Of a stretch of 64,000 bases of DNA, positions 25,437 through 37,970 are shown one piece after another (the stretch's first letter is position 1; each line of letters begins with the position of its first letter). The translations under genes were made by a program, and so were the position numbers. A model generated the notes under the pieces. It saw nothing but the letters and a program-made list of their open reading frames with translations. It did no database searches and was not told where the DNA came from. Source of the DNA: Lama glama (lineage: Eukaryota); contig CM052818.1 in NCBI GenBank assembly GCA_028534125.1, forward strand, positions 11,038,001 through 11,102,000. The letters run 5' to 3'.

Positions 25437-26790
25437 TCATTGTTGACAGTTATTTTCTCTGAGCACATTGAAGATATTATCACACCGTGTTCTGGCTTTC
25501 ATTGTCACTGTTGAGAAGTTAGCTGGCAGCTCATCAAACCATTGAAGGTTCTCATTTTTCTCTTGGTGTTTTAATATGTTTTTGGGTTTTGTGTTCTGCA
25601 GTTTCAAGTGTTCTATGTATTTATTTTCCTGGCTAGGATTCATTTAGGTCATGAATACAAGAATTGGTATTTTTAAAAAATAAGTTCTGGGAAGTTCTTA
25701 AGCACTATGATTTTAAATACTGACTCAGGCCCCCCTCTCTTCTTCCTTTTTGAGACTTAATTAGACATATATTAGAACTTTTTGCTCCTTCGTGTTGATT
25801 TAACTTTTAAAATATTTTGCATCTCTTTGTTTTTATTCAGCTGTATCTTCCAGCTCACAAAATTTTTCTTTTATTATTATCTAATCAAATTTTAAACCTA
25901 TCTATTGAGTGATATACTTTTCTAGAAGTTTAATTTTCTTCTTGTTCAAATAAGCTTTCATATTTTTATAAACTTTACCTTTTTGATAATGTCTCCCATT
26001 TGCTTTCTTAGAATTTATTACATTTATTTTATATTCCATATCTGATTTATTTACTTTCTGAAGACTCTATTTGATTATTTTGTCCAAAAATGTTAATGAT
26101 TCTCACTATGGTATCTTGTTTTCTTGTGCACTGTGTACATATTTCATAAAATTTTGTTTGTAGGGATGCCTGGTGGCTTATATGAAAGATGTGTTCTGCT
26201 AGAAAAAAGCTGTCCTGTTTTTGCCACCGGTCTGGAATTTTTTCCAAATTCTTGCCTATGTGCATGTATGGTGTGTATGTCTGCATGTGTTGAACACCCA
26301 TAGAGTGTGAAGTTTGACTGACATAATCATGTCATAACTAGTGTTTGGTTATTACCTTTAATAGAAGATATCCCTCCTCCGTCCTATGCAGAATTTCCAG
26401 ATGCACAGTTTTATTTGCCTACCTTTGGCCAGGATTTTAGGCCGGCAGTGGGCTGCTGACTGGCTGCTGACTGCGACGTGTTTACTTGTGTTTTATATTA
26501 CGCTGAATACGGGGCCCTCAGTGGGGTTAGTTCTAAGCAGGAGTGTTTCACGTTAGCTTTCCCACTTAGGGTGACCCCTGGGCTTCGTCTTCCCCATATC
26601 CTCCAAGATCAAGAAAGTCAAGGCCAAATCTACTCAGGACAGCAGATGTTCTCAAGTCGAAAACAGATTCAGGGTTACTTAACTCTCTTTGTTCTTCCTT
26701 TGTTCTAGATATTACTTACTAACTTGTTACTTAGTGAATATTTTTTTTAAATGAATATAGATATAAAACAGCTTCTTGTTTTCAGCAGAA
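25437..26790 (-). mobile_element. Old L1/HAL1-like ORF1 remnant with upstream 5' region
   Basis: ORF 25437-25643 gives KLQNTK...ANFSTVTMKARTRCDNIFNVLRENNCQ, resembling the L1 ORF1p C-terminal region (ADFS.ET..ARR.W..IF.VL.E.NCQP); upstream limit uncertain. Confidence 0.65.
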
Positions 26791-29700
26791 GGGTCATTCA
26801 TGGTAATTGGTGCTCAAGAAATATTTAGTGAATCAATGAACAGGTGATTTTTCAGGTCATCCTGTGTACTGTTGATGGTTCATCCAAACTCACATAGAAA
26901 ATGGTAGGAAGAAATCCTTTTCCCAGAGGACATTTTTGTGTATCAATATCACTTCCATAAAGCAACACAGATCAGGAACTATGGAGGGAGGAAGAACCCT
27001 GTTTCCCACCTAGTGTTTGCTAAGAAAGAAGGAAAAAGAAAGAAGAAACAGGAGGAAGCAAAAAAGGGAAAAAAATGATAGGATGACAAGAGAATGGCTT
27101 GGAGGTGGAGCTGTGAAGTACAGACCCTGTAGCTGGTGTTTACTCATTCATGGGTACCTTTGACATCTCTCTTTCATATCTGGAACTACTGCCAATTATT
27201 CTACAGATATTCCTGCACATCTACTCCTATGAATGAATATATTCTGACTTTTGAGAGTTTCCCAACCTCACACTAGTCTCATCCAGTGTCACCACTCTAA
27301 TGGGCTAGAAGAGGAACCCAGTGGTTTACTGAAAGGAATGTTAAATTGAGGATGGTTTGCACAGTGGAGGAAAAGCCTTTCTCTGAATCCATTCCAGGGA
27401 CCTACCACTTGTCTTTGGACTCTGTTCACTCTACTGTTCCTTTGCATTAAATCTGTCAAGAGAAGCATGTTCATCCCTCTACCCCATAGCCTGGGTGGTC
27501 TGAACCTTTGAAATTATGCCACTTCTCAGAGCTACATCATCAGAAAGGTGGTTGTTGATAGTCTTGTTCTTCCATAAGTCATAATGCTTTTAGAAGCACT
27601 TTGTTATCACCCAAGTTGAAATATGTGACATCGTGTAATGGGACCAAAGTATCAGGACCTTTGGCTTTTCTCAAGGTGAGCACCATCTCCTCACTGCCTC
27701 CCTCTCTTCAGGCCATCATCTCACCCTCTCTGTAGGACTGTGGGGCGCTAATGGACACACCACCCACTCCCAAGGATCAGAACTTGACTAGTTCTTCATC
27801 CATGCCTGTTTCCTGCAGTGAGGGAACATCTGACAAGAGCAATCACTGAGCAGAAATAGTAAGATTTCTTGGGACAAGAAATGGCTTGTTAATGGCTGCT
27901 ATTAACAAGCAGAGCACAAGAGATGAGTTGATGGTATGTGACCTCTTGCTTAATGGGTGCTGGTAACCGACACTCTGTCCACATGAGAAAAGAACATGTT
28001 AAGTAGGTGTCTAGAATATGGACCGTTCCACACGCTGAGTGTAAGAAAGGCCAAAGCACCTCAGTCATGTTTCTGCTTAGAGGACTTTCTTGCTTATGCG
28101 TTCCCAAGTGCACGCACTGCAGCATGGATTCTGCTAGTGGACATTGCCCTAGTTTGCACAAAGGAGTTTTCCTGGGCCGCCAGTGTGGGCTCTCTCCACA
28201 ATGAATCACTTCCCTGGACTTCCTCCTAACATCACACTTCAATCATAAACTTTTTGCACAAAATGTCACTTTCAAAGTTGCGGTTTAGGGGAAAAAAGTG
28301 TCTTTATAAAAAATTCATGGCCACAATGATCTGATAATGCAGTGTTCTGATACCAGCAGATGTTTTGTCTAACATGTTCCCTGAAGCTGTACTCTGTGCC
28401 TTCGTATCTTTCATTTCCAGTTGCTATCTGCTGACTGTGGGATGTCATGTACGTACCCTATAGCTATGCGCGGCAATTCGCATCTAACACCACCGCGCGT
28501 AATGAGCTTCACAAGATGCTTGTCGCAATAACTCCGTACTTCCCTAACCATATGGAACACAACACTCTAAAGCCCATAGACACTTTTTTTTATTACAGTT
28601 CAGATCCTTAAAACATAATCTGTGTGATGTCTAGTGAATGTACGTGAAGAGCTGCTGAAAACAAAGTTAACACTTGTTCACATCATCTGTTACAAATGTC
28701 CAATTTGGGACAATAAATTTCCTCGGAACCTGTTCTTTTGCTGACTCGTTGCTTTATCTTTTTTCCTCTTTCTCTCACGTCGTTTTTTTTATGAACTATG
28801 CATATGTATTAAATGGGATTTGTTGTCCCTAGATACCAATTTGCATAAAGTACAAGCCATCATTGGTTGGAGAGAAGCAAATTACTTCTCCGGCAAGATC
28901 ACACTTTTTTTTTTTTTTAATTTTAACAAACCGCAGGCAGAGGCTGTTAACAGCACTTAGCCAGATATGCAAAGTATCACTTTTCTCAAAAGCAGCTTGA
29001 TCAATGAGGGGGAAGAAAAAAAAAAGTTAGAGGTGATATTATTCAATTAAGTCCCATATAAAGCTGACCTGAAACCGAAATGCCATACCTGTTCAGCCAC
29101 CTGTCCACCTGTCGGTAAGCTGAGCCTCTGCGTTTCCCCTTCAGTTCAGGTCAGGTACTCAAGTCTTCTGTGGGGAAAAAAAAAAATCACAAGACTTAGC
29201 AGAGAAGTGAGACCAAGTCAGCAGCTTTTAAAAATAAAACAAATCTCTCAGTTTTATTCTCTGCTTCTCAGAAAACTCACTGGTTTTTTATTTCTTTCTT
29301 TTCCAAGTTACTCTTGCCATTCTTTCCTTTGTGGCTTAATAATCAGGCAGCTTTCTGTCCACAGCTTTGCTTATAATTGCTGACACAAGATGTCTTGTAA
29401 ACTGCAAATAGGACCTGTACCCCTCACCTCTGCCCATCACTGAGAGCTGATTTTCCCTAACAGGTGCAGGAACATGTGTGGGGTATTTTGGATGGAGCCC
29501 CGGCATCCAGGTCCACACTAGCCCGTGGCTGTCTCCTTCCCACTGCTCTTGTGTACACCTGTGACAAGTTGGCAATTGCCTGAGTGATATCGCAGAGACT
29601 TGCAAATTCCAGCTTGTCCCTCTGCTAAGCAGAGCTGTGTTAGTTTTTGCTAAATAAAGAAACAAACAGCTCTCTCAGCCAAGAATCTCAGACATCGTAT

Positions 29701-30249
29701 GGGGAGGGTGTGGAAGTTGTGAACCTTAGAAACAGCTGGGAATAAATGACACTCTCCAACTTTTGACAAATTTGCCATAGAAACTTCAGGAGTCTGTGGT
29801 CTGACTTAGCAGCACATTTCAGTTAAGTTAAAGTGCCAGGGGCTTTGATATGTGTTGTAGAATAACTGAACGTTTAAGATTATGTTAAACCATTCTAACT
29901 AGACTACATGTAAGTTCTTTACAGGTAACAAATACCTTCTAACCATTGTAACCCCTAAAGGTAAAGGAGTCATTAGTAAATTGTCCTCCCCTTTCTGGAA
30001 AGGGGCACTCCATAGTTACTCATTGAGAAGGATCAAAAATGTGAATAATTACATTACTATATTATTTACCCCCCACTGATTGTTTTGTCAGGAGGCCAAC
30101 CAGAGATAGAAACAAACGAGTGAGAAGCTAACTTAGGTAATGATGTAATAAGCTTACTCTGCCACCCAAGCTATCTTTGGGGAAGACACAGAAGTAACCA
30201 AAATCCACCATTTAGAAGTCAGAGCCTCTGAGAGTATGTGTTTGTGTGT

Positions 30250-30342
30250 TTGTGTGTCCCCTCTCTGTTGGGTTCCTGGTGCTCAGAAAGGTGGACTTAC
30301 GAGGTGCTCAGTACCTATTTGCTAAATGAATTAATGAATGTC
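30250..30342 (+). mobile_element. L2 3' terminus
   Basis: aggtgctcagtacctatttgctaaatgaattaatgaatg. Confidence 0.55.
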
Positions 30343-30554
30343 TGAGTTGTGAATTAATGAACACATGTAGGAAGTGGACTATGCACAAAGAACTATTTAT
30401 CTGTTAATAACACCAAAGTAAGAGATTAATGGGATTCCTGTCATATGACATTTATTCCTCTAAATTTCCCCAAAGAGACGTTTTTGAGTACCTAGATTAT
30501 TCTAGGAAATAAATTAAGCACTGCTCATAGTGAGATGAATACAATAGAATCTGG

Positions 30555-30790
30555 GAGGTAGTACGTGGTTGTAGAAATGGTGTAGATTTTGGAATAGAAA
30601 CAAACAAAACACTACCACTTACTAGATCAGGGCACTTGGGAGAGTTACTTAATCTCCCTGAGCTGCAGTTTCCTTTTACTGTGAAATAGGGAAAAGTACC
30701 CATGGCGTAGGAATGTTTTGATGATTAAATAAAATTAATCAATATCAAGTTCCTGGTACATAGTAAATGTTCACTGAGTGTTGGCTTCCT
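30555..30790 (+). mobile_element. MIR SINE
   Basis: ccacttactag...gagagttacttaatctccctgagctgcagtttcctt...cctggtacatagtaaatgttca. Confidence 0.8.
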
Positions 30791-31149
30791 TTTTATTTTC
30801 CTGCCTCTAAGAACTTATAGTCTAATTCTGTTCTTCTAGATAAACACACTAAATATAATCCCAATAGAAGAAAATCTTGAAAGATTCAGAGAAACACAGA
30901 ACTACTTCTGAAAAGAAAAATACATGAAAGAAGGAGCCTTTTTATTTCTTTGTCTTGTGTCTCTTACCTGCGCTCATGCTGCTTTACCTGCCTGGAACAT
31001 CTTTCTTTTTCCTATTCAGTTATCCAAATTCTATTCAATTATCCAATTTCTAAGCCCTCAGTGTTTAGGAAATAGAGTTTCAGAGCTCACAACTGGGCTT
31101 TTGCATTGTTTGTTCAACCCCAAAACATAAATATTTCTGTTTTACTATG

Positions 31150-31685
31150 ATCTGTCAGTCTTTTGTTGCATAACAAAGAACTCCAAACTTAGTATTTTGA
31201 AACATTAATTAATTATTTTTCACATGAGTTTTGAGAACAAGTGTTTCTCAGTGAGTTAGCTGGATGGCGGCCCTTCTGGGTGGACTGGATCCACTCATGT
31301 GATTGCATACAGCGGAGAGGTTGGCTGGGTTGAAAATTCTAAGACTTATTCATATATTGGTCCTGACTACTGCCTGAAGCAACTTTATCCTCCTCCATGT
31401 AGTCTCTTATCCTCCAGTAGGCAAGACTGGTTTCCTTCTGTGACACTCTTAAGGCAGTGTTTCAATATATTGATCATGGAAGCTGCAGGCATGCAAAACT
31501 TCAGAAACTTGCACAAAATTATTTCTGCCACATTTTATTAGACAGAGCAAGTCAGAAGTCTATCTTAGATTCAAAGGGATAGAGAAATGGATTCTACCTG
31601 TGGATGGGAGGCATACCAATGTCACATTGCAAACAGTTGCACATATTGGATTTGGAGATATTTGTGGCCCTTGAACAATCAACCC
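31150..31685 (-). mobile_element. MaLR LTR (MLT1H-like)
   Basis: ttgttgcataacaaagaactccaaacttagt...ttctgccacattttattagacagagcaagtca...agattcaaagggatagagaaatgga. Confidence 0.8.
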
Positions 31686-31992
31686 CAGGCGCTCCCCACC
31701 TCTTGATATTGAGGATTTATGTCCAAGTTTTCTTTGGATGGGGCTTTCTCTCTGCCGCCCCCCCCCCATTTTGAATGCCCATCCTAATAAATTGTCTAGT
31801 TTCCAAAAATCTCTATAGGTACCTAGTCCCTATTTCCAGGTTTTGCATATTTAGAGTCATTAATGTGCTCTTCTAAACAGAGGATTGCCAAACCTTACTT
31901 CACATTTTCTTCCTTATTACATGATTTCTGCAAGAGGAAGGACTGATAGAAAATTATTTTGTATTGATAGAAAATATGCTTCTTTTAAGAAA

Positions 31993-34410
31993 GTCTACAT
32001 AAAAAAGAGGAAGATCTCAAACAAACAACCTAAATTTTCACCTCAGGAACCAAGAAAAGAACAAACTAAACCCAAAGTTAGTATAAGGAAGAAAATAATA
32101 AATATCAGAACTGAAGTAAATCAAATAAAGAATAAAAAAAAGGAAAAACCAAAAAAATTAGAATTTTAAAAAATATATCAACAAATCCTTTAAAGTTAAC
32201 TAAAATAAAAGAGAGAAGACACAAGTAAATGAAATCTGAAATGAAAAAAGAGACATTAAAACAGACATCTCAGAAATAAAAAAGATCATAAGGGACTATA
32301 ACGAATAATTATGAACAAATTGGTTAACCTAGGAGAAATAAATTCCTGGAAACATACAACCTGTCAAGACCAGATCAAGAGGAAACAGAAAGTCTCAACA
32401 GACCAATCTTAAATAAGGAGATTGAAGTAATAATAATGGTGATGGTGATGATAATAATAATAATAATGATAGTAATAATAAAAACTTCCCAACAAAGAAA
32501 GGCCCAGAAGCAGGTGGCCTCAAGGGTGAATTCTACCATTCAAAGAATTAATTCCAATCCTCTTAAACTCTTCCAAAGAACAGAAGTAGAGAGAATACTT
32601 CAAACTAAATTTTTATGGCAAGCATCACCCTGATACCAAAGCCAAACAAAGACACTATAAGAAGAGAAATTATAGGCCAATATCTCTGATGCACATAAAT
32701 GCAAAACTACTCAATAAAATAACTAGCAACTGATACGCAGATCTAATGCAATTCCTGTCAAAAATTTAATGGCATTTTTATAAAAGTAGAAAAAGCAATT
32801 CTAAAATTAGTATGGAACCACAAAGGATCCCACGTAGTCAAAACAATTTCGAGAAAGAAGAATAGAGTTGGAGGCATAATACTTTCTGATTTTAAATTGT
32901 ATTACAAAGCTATTCTAATCAGAACAATATGATACTGGCATGGATACATAGACCAATGGAACAAAATAGAGTCCAGAAATAAACCAAAGCACATATGATC
33001 AAGTAGTTTTTACCAAGGGCATCAAGAATACACAATGGGAAAAGGAGAGTCTTTTCAATAAATGGTGTTGAGAAGACCAGATAGCCATATACAAAGAAAT
33101 GAAATTGGACCTATATCTTACCCTACAATACGAATCAACCCAAAATGGATTAAAGGCAAATATAAGACCTGATACTGCAAAACTCTTAGGAAAAAACATA
33201 GGGTAACAGCTCCTGGACACAGGTTTTGTGATGATTTCTTGGATATGACACCAAGAACTCAGGCAACAAAAGCAAAAATCAGCAACTGGGATGATATCAA
33301 ACTAAAATGTTTCCATATAGCATAGGAAAAATTAAGTAAAATAAAAAGTATTGGGAGAAAATACTCACAAACCATATACCTGATGAGCAATTAATGTCCT
33401 ACATATAAGGAACTCATACATATGAATAACAACAACAACCACCCCAAACAAATCAATTGAAAAATGGGCAAAGGATCTGAATAGACATTTTTCCAAAGAA
33501 AGCACACAAATGGCTAACAGGTATATAAAATGTGTTCAACATCAATGATCATCCAAGAAATGCAAATCAAAACTGCAAGATATTCCCTCACACCTGTCAG
33601 GATGGCTATTATCAAAAAAGCTAAAATATAGCAAATGTTAGTGAGGATGTGGAGAACAAGGAACCCTTGTACACTGTTTTGGGGCATGTAAATTGGTACA
33701 GCCATTATGAAAAACAGTATCGAGTTCCCTCAAAAAAACTAAAAATGTAACTACCATATGATTCAGCAATTCCACTTGTGGATATATATTCAAAAGAATT
33801 GAAATCAGAATCTCAAAATGATATCTCCATTCCTATGTTCATTGCAGTATTATTCACAATAGCCAAGATACAGAAATAACTTAAATGTTGTTGACAGAAA
33901 AATAGATCAGGAAAATGTGGTATGTATATTCAATGGAATATTATTCATCCTTAAACTAGAAGGAGATCCTGCCATTTGCAACAATGTGGATGAACCTGGA
34001 ACACTTTATGCTAAGTGAAATAAGCCAGAAACAGAAAGAAAGGAAAAAAAAATGCATGCTTTCACTATACTTGGAATCCAAAAAAGTCAAGTACACAGAA
34101 ATAGAGTAGAATGGTGGTTACCACATCAGGGAAATGGGGAGATTTTGGTAAAGGACCATAAAGTTGCAGGTTGTAGGTTGAACAAGTCTGGAAATCTAAA
34201 GTGCAGTATGATGACTAGTTCATAGTATTGTATTGAATACTGAAATTTGCTAAGAGAACAGATTTCAGGTGCTCTCAGCACAAAAAAAGAAAAAAAGTAA
34301 TCTTGTGAGGAGATGAATGTGTTAATTAGCTTGACTGTAATATTTCACTATGTATGTGTATATCAAATTATCGTGTTGTACAACTTAAATACATTTTAAT
34401 TTAAAATAAT
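31993..34410 (+). mobile_element. L1 (L1MA-late-like) ORF2 plus 3'UTR, with internal deletion of the RT core
   Basis: ORF 31885-32169 end (KEQTKPKVS..KIINIRTEVNQI) is L1 ORF2-like; jump at about 32730; L1MA-type 3'UTR. Confidence 0.9.
32427..32480. repeat. (ATA/ATG/GTG)n trinucleotide run inside L1 ORF2
   Basis: gtaataataatggtgatggtgatgataataataataataatgatagtaataata. Confidence 0.9.
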
Positions 34411-34424
34411 AACAATAGTAATAA

Positions 34425-34662
34425 AATGGAGATAGAATATAGAATGGTGGTTGCTATGAGCTGGGGAAGAGGGAATAGGAAATTGTTTAATGGGTATAGA
34501 ATTTTAGTTTCACAAAATAAAAAGTGTTCTGGAGATAGACTGTGGTGATGGTTGCACAACAGTATAAATGTATGTACTACCACTGAACTGTACACTTAAA
34601 AATAGTTAACATAGTAAACTTTATGTTATGTATACTTTACCATGATAAAAATTTTGAAAAAA
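34425..34662 (+). mobile_element. L1MB-like 3'UTR terminus
   Basis: tagaatggtggttgc...gtggtgatggttgcacaacag...ccactgaactgtacacttaaaaat. Confidence 0.8.
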
Positions 34663-34689
34663 TCTAAGCCCAATAATCAACTATGCCAC

Positions 34690-35860
34690 CTCTCTTAGAA
34701 AGTAGACATGTACTAAAGTTAATATTGGCTTAAAGTGATAATTTAAAAATACTGAGATATACACCTGACAAATTATGTACAAGATATGTATATATACATA
34801 TACATATTTAGTACAGTTGTCTTGCATGTAATTTTGTAGTGTTGTCTATATATATATATATAAAACACAATATATTTTATATATTATATATAATATATAT
34901 ATATATAAACAATATAAAAATCTGATAAAATAAATCAAAGAAGATTGAAATGGAAAACTATTCCATGTTCTTGGATTGGAAAACTCAATATTGTTAACAT
35001 ATCAATTCCCAATTTGATCTATCAATTCAATGTAATCTCAGTGAAAATCTCAGTAATTTAGCGCAATAAGATGGTTCTAAAGTTTTAATGGAGGAGCAAA
35101 GGACCTAGAATAGCCAACCCAACAGTAAAGAAGAAGAGAGTTGAATGTCTGACCCTATCCTACTCTAAGGTTTACAATAAAACTTCAGTCAACAAGACAG
35201 TATTGGGTTAGCAAAAGAATAGACATATAGATCAATGGAACAGAAAAGAGAGGTGAGACAGTCCAACCACATATTTACTCATCTTTGACAAAGGAACGAT
35301 GGCAACTCAATGAAGAAAGGACCATCTTTCCCCTACATGGTGCTGGAACAATCTGACATCCATATGCAAAAAAATTAAATTCATGAAATGTGTAGATTCA
35401 TGCAAATGAATCTAGACACAGACTTTACGCTTTCACAAAAGTTAACTGATAATGGGTCATAGGAATAAATGTAAAACACAATGCTGTAAGTTCCTAGAGG
35501 GAAAAACATAGGAGACAATTGATGTGACCCTAGGTCTGGTGATGAGCTTTTAGATACAACACCAGAAGTGTGATAAATTTTATTGATTAGAATTGAAATT
35601 ACCTGCTCTGCCAAAGACACCATTAAGAGGATGAAAAGACAAGTTTCATAGACTAGGAGAAAATATTTGCAAAATATATATCTGATAAAGGAATTGTATC
35701 CAAAATATACAAAGAACTTTTAAAATGCAATATTAAAAAAAAATAAACAATGCAGCTAAGAAATGGGCAAAAGATCTGAACAGATACTTCACCAAAGAAG
35801 TTATACAGATTGCAAATAATCATATGAAAAGATGCCTAATATAATTTGTCATCAGGAAAT
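34690..35860 (+). mobile_element. Older L1 ORF2 fragment (L1MC/MD-like) with a TA-rich insert at about 34787-34915
   Basis: ccatgttcttggattggaaaactcaatattgtt, gatcaatggaacaga and aaatgggcaaaagatctgaacaga. Confidence 0.8.
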
Positions 35861-37285
35861 TGGATGCTGAATTTTGTCAAATGGTTTTTCTTACTCTATT
35901 GAAATAATCATGTATTTCTTTAGTCTGTTGTGATCAATCACACAGATTGGGTTTTAATGTTGAAACAGCTTTACATTCATGAATTAAGTCTCACTACATC
36001 ATGATGTATTATTAATCTTTTGTATATTGCTGGACTTTTTTCCAATATTTTGTTGAATGTGTGTTGTGTGTGATAGACATTGGTTGACAGTTTTTTATTT
36101 CTTGTATTATTTGTGTATTGTTTTTGTGGGGTTTTTTGTAAAAGCTATTGCCTCACAAAATGAGTTGGAAAGTTTCCTTCTCTTTTTGTAAAATTGTGTA
36201 AAACTGATACTATTTCTTTCATATATATTTGGTATACTTTATCAGTATAGCCTTTTGTCCTGGACTTTTCTTTGCTGGGAAGATTTTAATTATGAAGAAT
36301 TTTCTCTAATTAATTCAGAGATATTCAAGCTATCTATTTCTTGTAGAGGAAGTTTTTGCATTCATCTTTCAAGTAATTGGTCCATTTCTTCTAAGTTTTC
36401 AAACTCATAGCCATAGAAATTTTTTTAGCATTCTCTTATTGTTTGGGAATCCCTTCTTTCCTTATTATCTGATGGTCTGTAGTAATATAGCATTTTATTG
36501 TTTATTTTACTGTGATATTGAAAATTGGTATCTTCTCTTTGTTATTCAGTCTTTCTAAAGATTGTTCAATTCTATTGATCTTTCCAGTGAACCAGCTTTT
36601 GATTTTGTTGATTTTTCTCTATTACTTTTCCCTGTTTTCAAATTCATTGTTTTCTGTCCTTACTTTTTATTATTTTCTTCCTTCTGCTTGCTCTGTATTT
36701 TGTTCTTCTGTTTCTAGCTTCTTGAGGTGAAGCTTAGATCACTGATTTGAGGCCTTTCTTCTTTACTAAAATAAGTATTTAATGCTTTAAATTGTCCTCT
36801 AGTCACTGTTTTAACTTCATCCTAAGAATTTACCTTCATCCCCATCATTGTCATTCAGTTCAAAATATTTTCTCTCTCCTCTTCATACTTTGTCTTTAAC
36901 CTATAGCTATTTAGAAGTGTGTTGTTTAATTTCCAAATATTTTGACACTTTACAGATATCTCTTTGTTTTTGACTTCCATTATGATGAAATAATATACTT
37001 TGTATGATTTTTTTATATTTGTTACGATTTGTTATATGGCCCACAATGTAGTTGATCTAGGTACATTTTTTATGTGCCTTTGGCAAGAATGTATATTCAG
37101 CTATTGTTAGGTGTAGTATTCAGTAAATATCAACTATATCAAATCAGCTGATAGTGTTGTTCAGGTCTGCTATGTCCTTACTAATTTTCTGTCTACTTGT
37201 TATATTGATAATTGAAAGAGGAGTTATAAAGTCTCCAATGACAATTTCAGATTTGATTATGTCTCCTCCTTTCAGTACTATTTTT
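35861..37285 (-). mobile_element. Older L1 ORF2 fragment, endonuclease to start of RT
   Basis: ORF 37144-37362 contains IVIGDFITPLSII..TSRQKISKDIADLNNTI (L1 EN domain); ggatgctgaattttgtcaaa is the reverse of FDKIQHP. Confidence 0.85.
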
Positions 37286-37970
37286 GTTCCTTCCCCTGAG
37301 AATTCTTCATATTTCTCCTGGTTCTTTGATTTTCCAGTAATTTGGGGGTTTATCCTGGACATTCTAAATATGTTGTGAGACTCTGGGTGCCATCAGAATG
37401 TCTGGTGAATGCTGATTTTTTTTTATTTTAGCAGGCTATCAAATCCAGTTAGGCTCAGACTTTATAGTCTGTCTTGCCTTCTGTGGGTGGTGGTTCTAGT
37501 GTCAGTGAAGATTTCAAAGCTTTTGCTATGTTGTTTTTGATACGTCCTGCTCATGTACTTCTCACCAATTAGACTGGGACTGGGGTGGTGATTTATATAA
37601 TAGTTCAGTTCTCAAAGCTTTTGCTGTGCTGGTTTGTGTCTGTTACACACATGCACATGTTAGGGGTTGAGCCCAGGACTTGTATAAGCTCATATAAGAA
37701 AGGCGGGGTTATGTCCTCCAGCTCTAGTCTACATACTCTGGCTCTCAATGAGCCCTTTCCCCTCAGAGGTTTTAGTATCTCAAATTTGGGGAAAAACTTG
37801 GAAATTCACCCCTGAATTCTTCAGGTTTTTCTCCTCCAATTTGTCTGCTATTGCTAACTTTTCAGGCCCTCAGACAGTTGCTTTTTAAATGTTGTTTAGA
37901 GTTATTAGTTGTAATCAATGGGAGTGATAGATATAGTAGCTTTACTCCACTTCAGCTAGCGCCAGAAGGC
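37286..37970 (-). mobile_element. Old L1 5'-region fragment
   Basis: tatcctggacatt...ttgtgagactctggg, plus two related ~100-bp units containing caaagcttttgct. Confidence 0.55.

Noticed and set aside
20375..37970. Active or full-length L1
   Set aside because: All copies are truncated, frameshifted and stop-ridden; none has intact ORF1 plus ORF2
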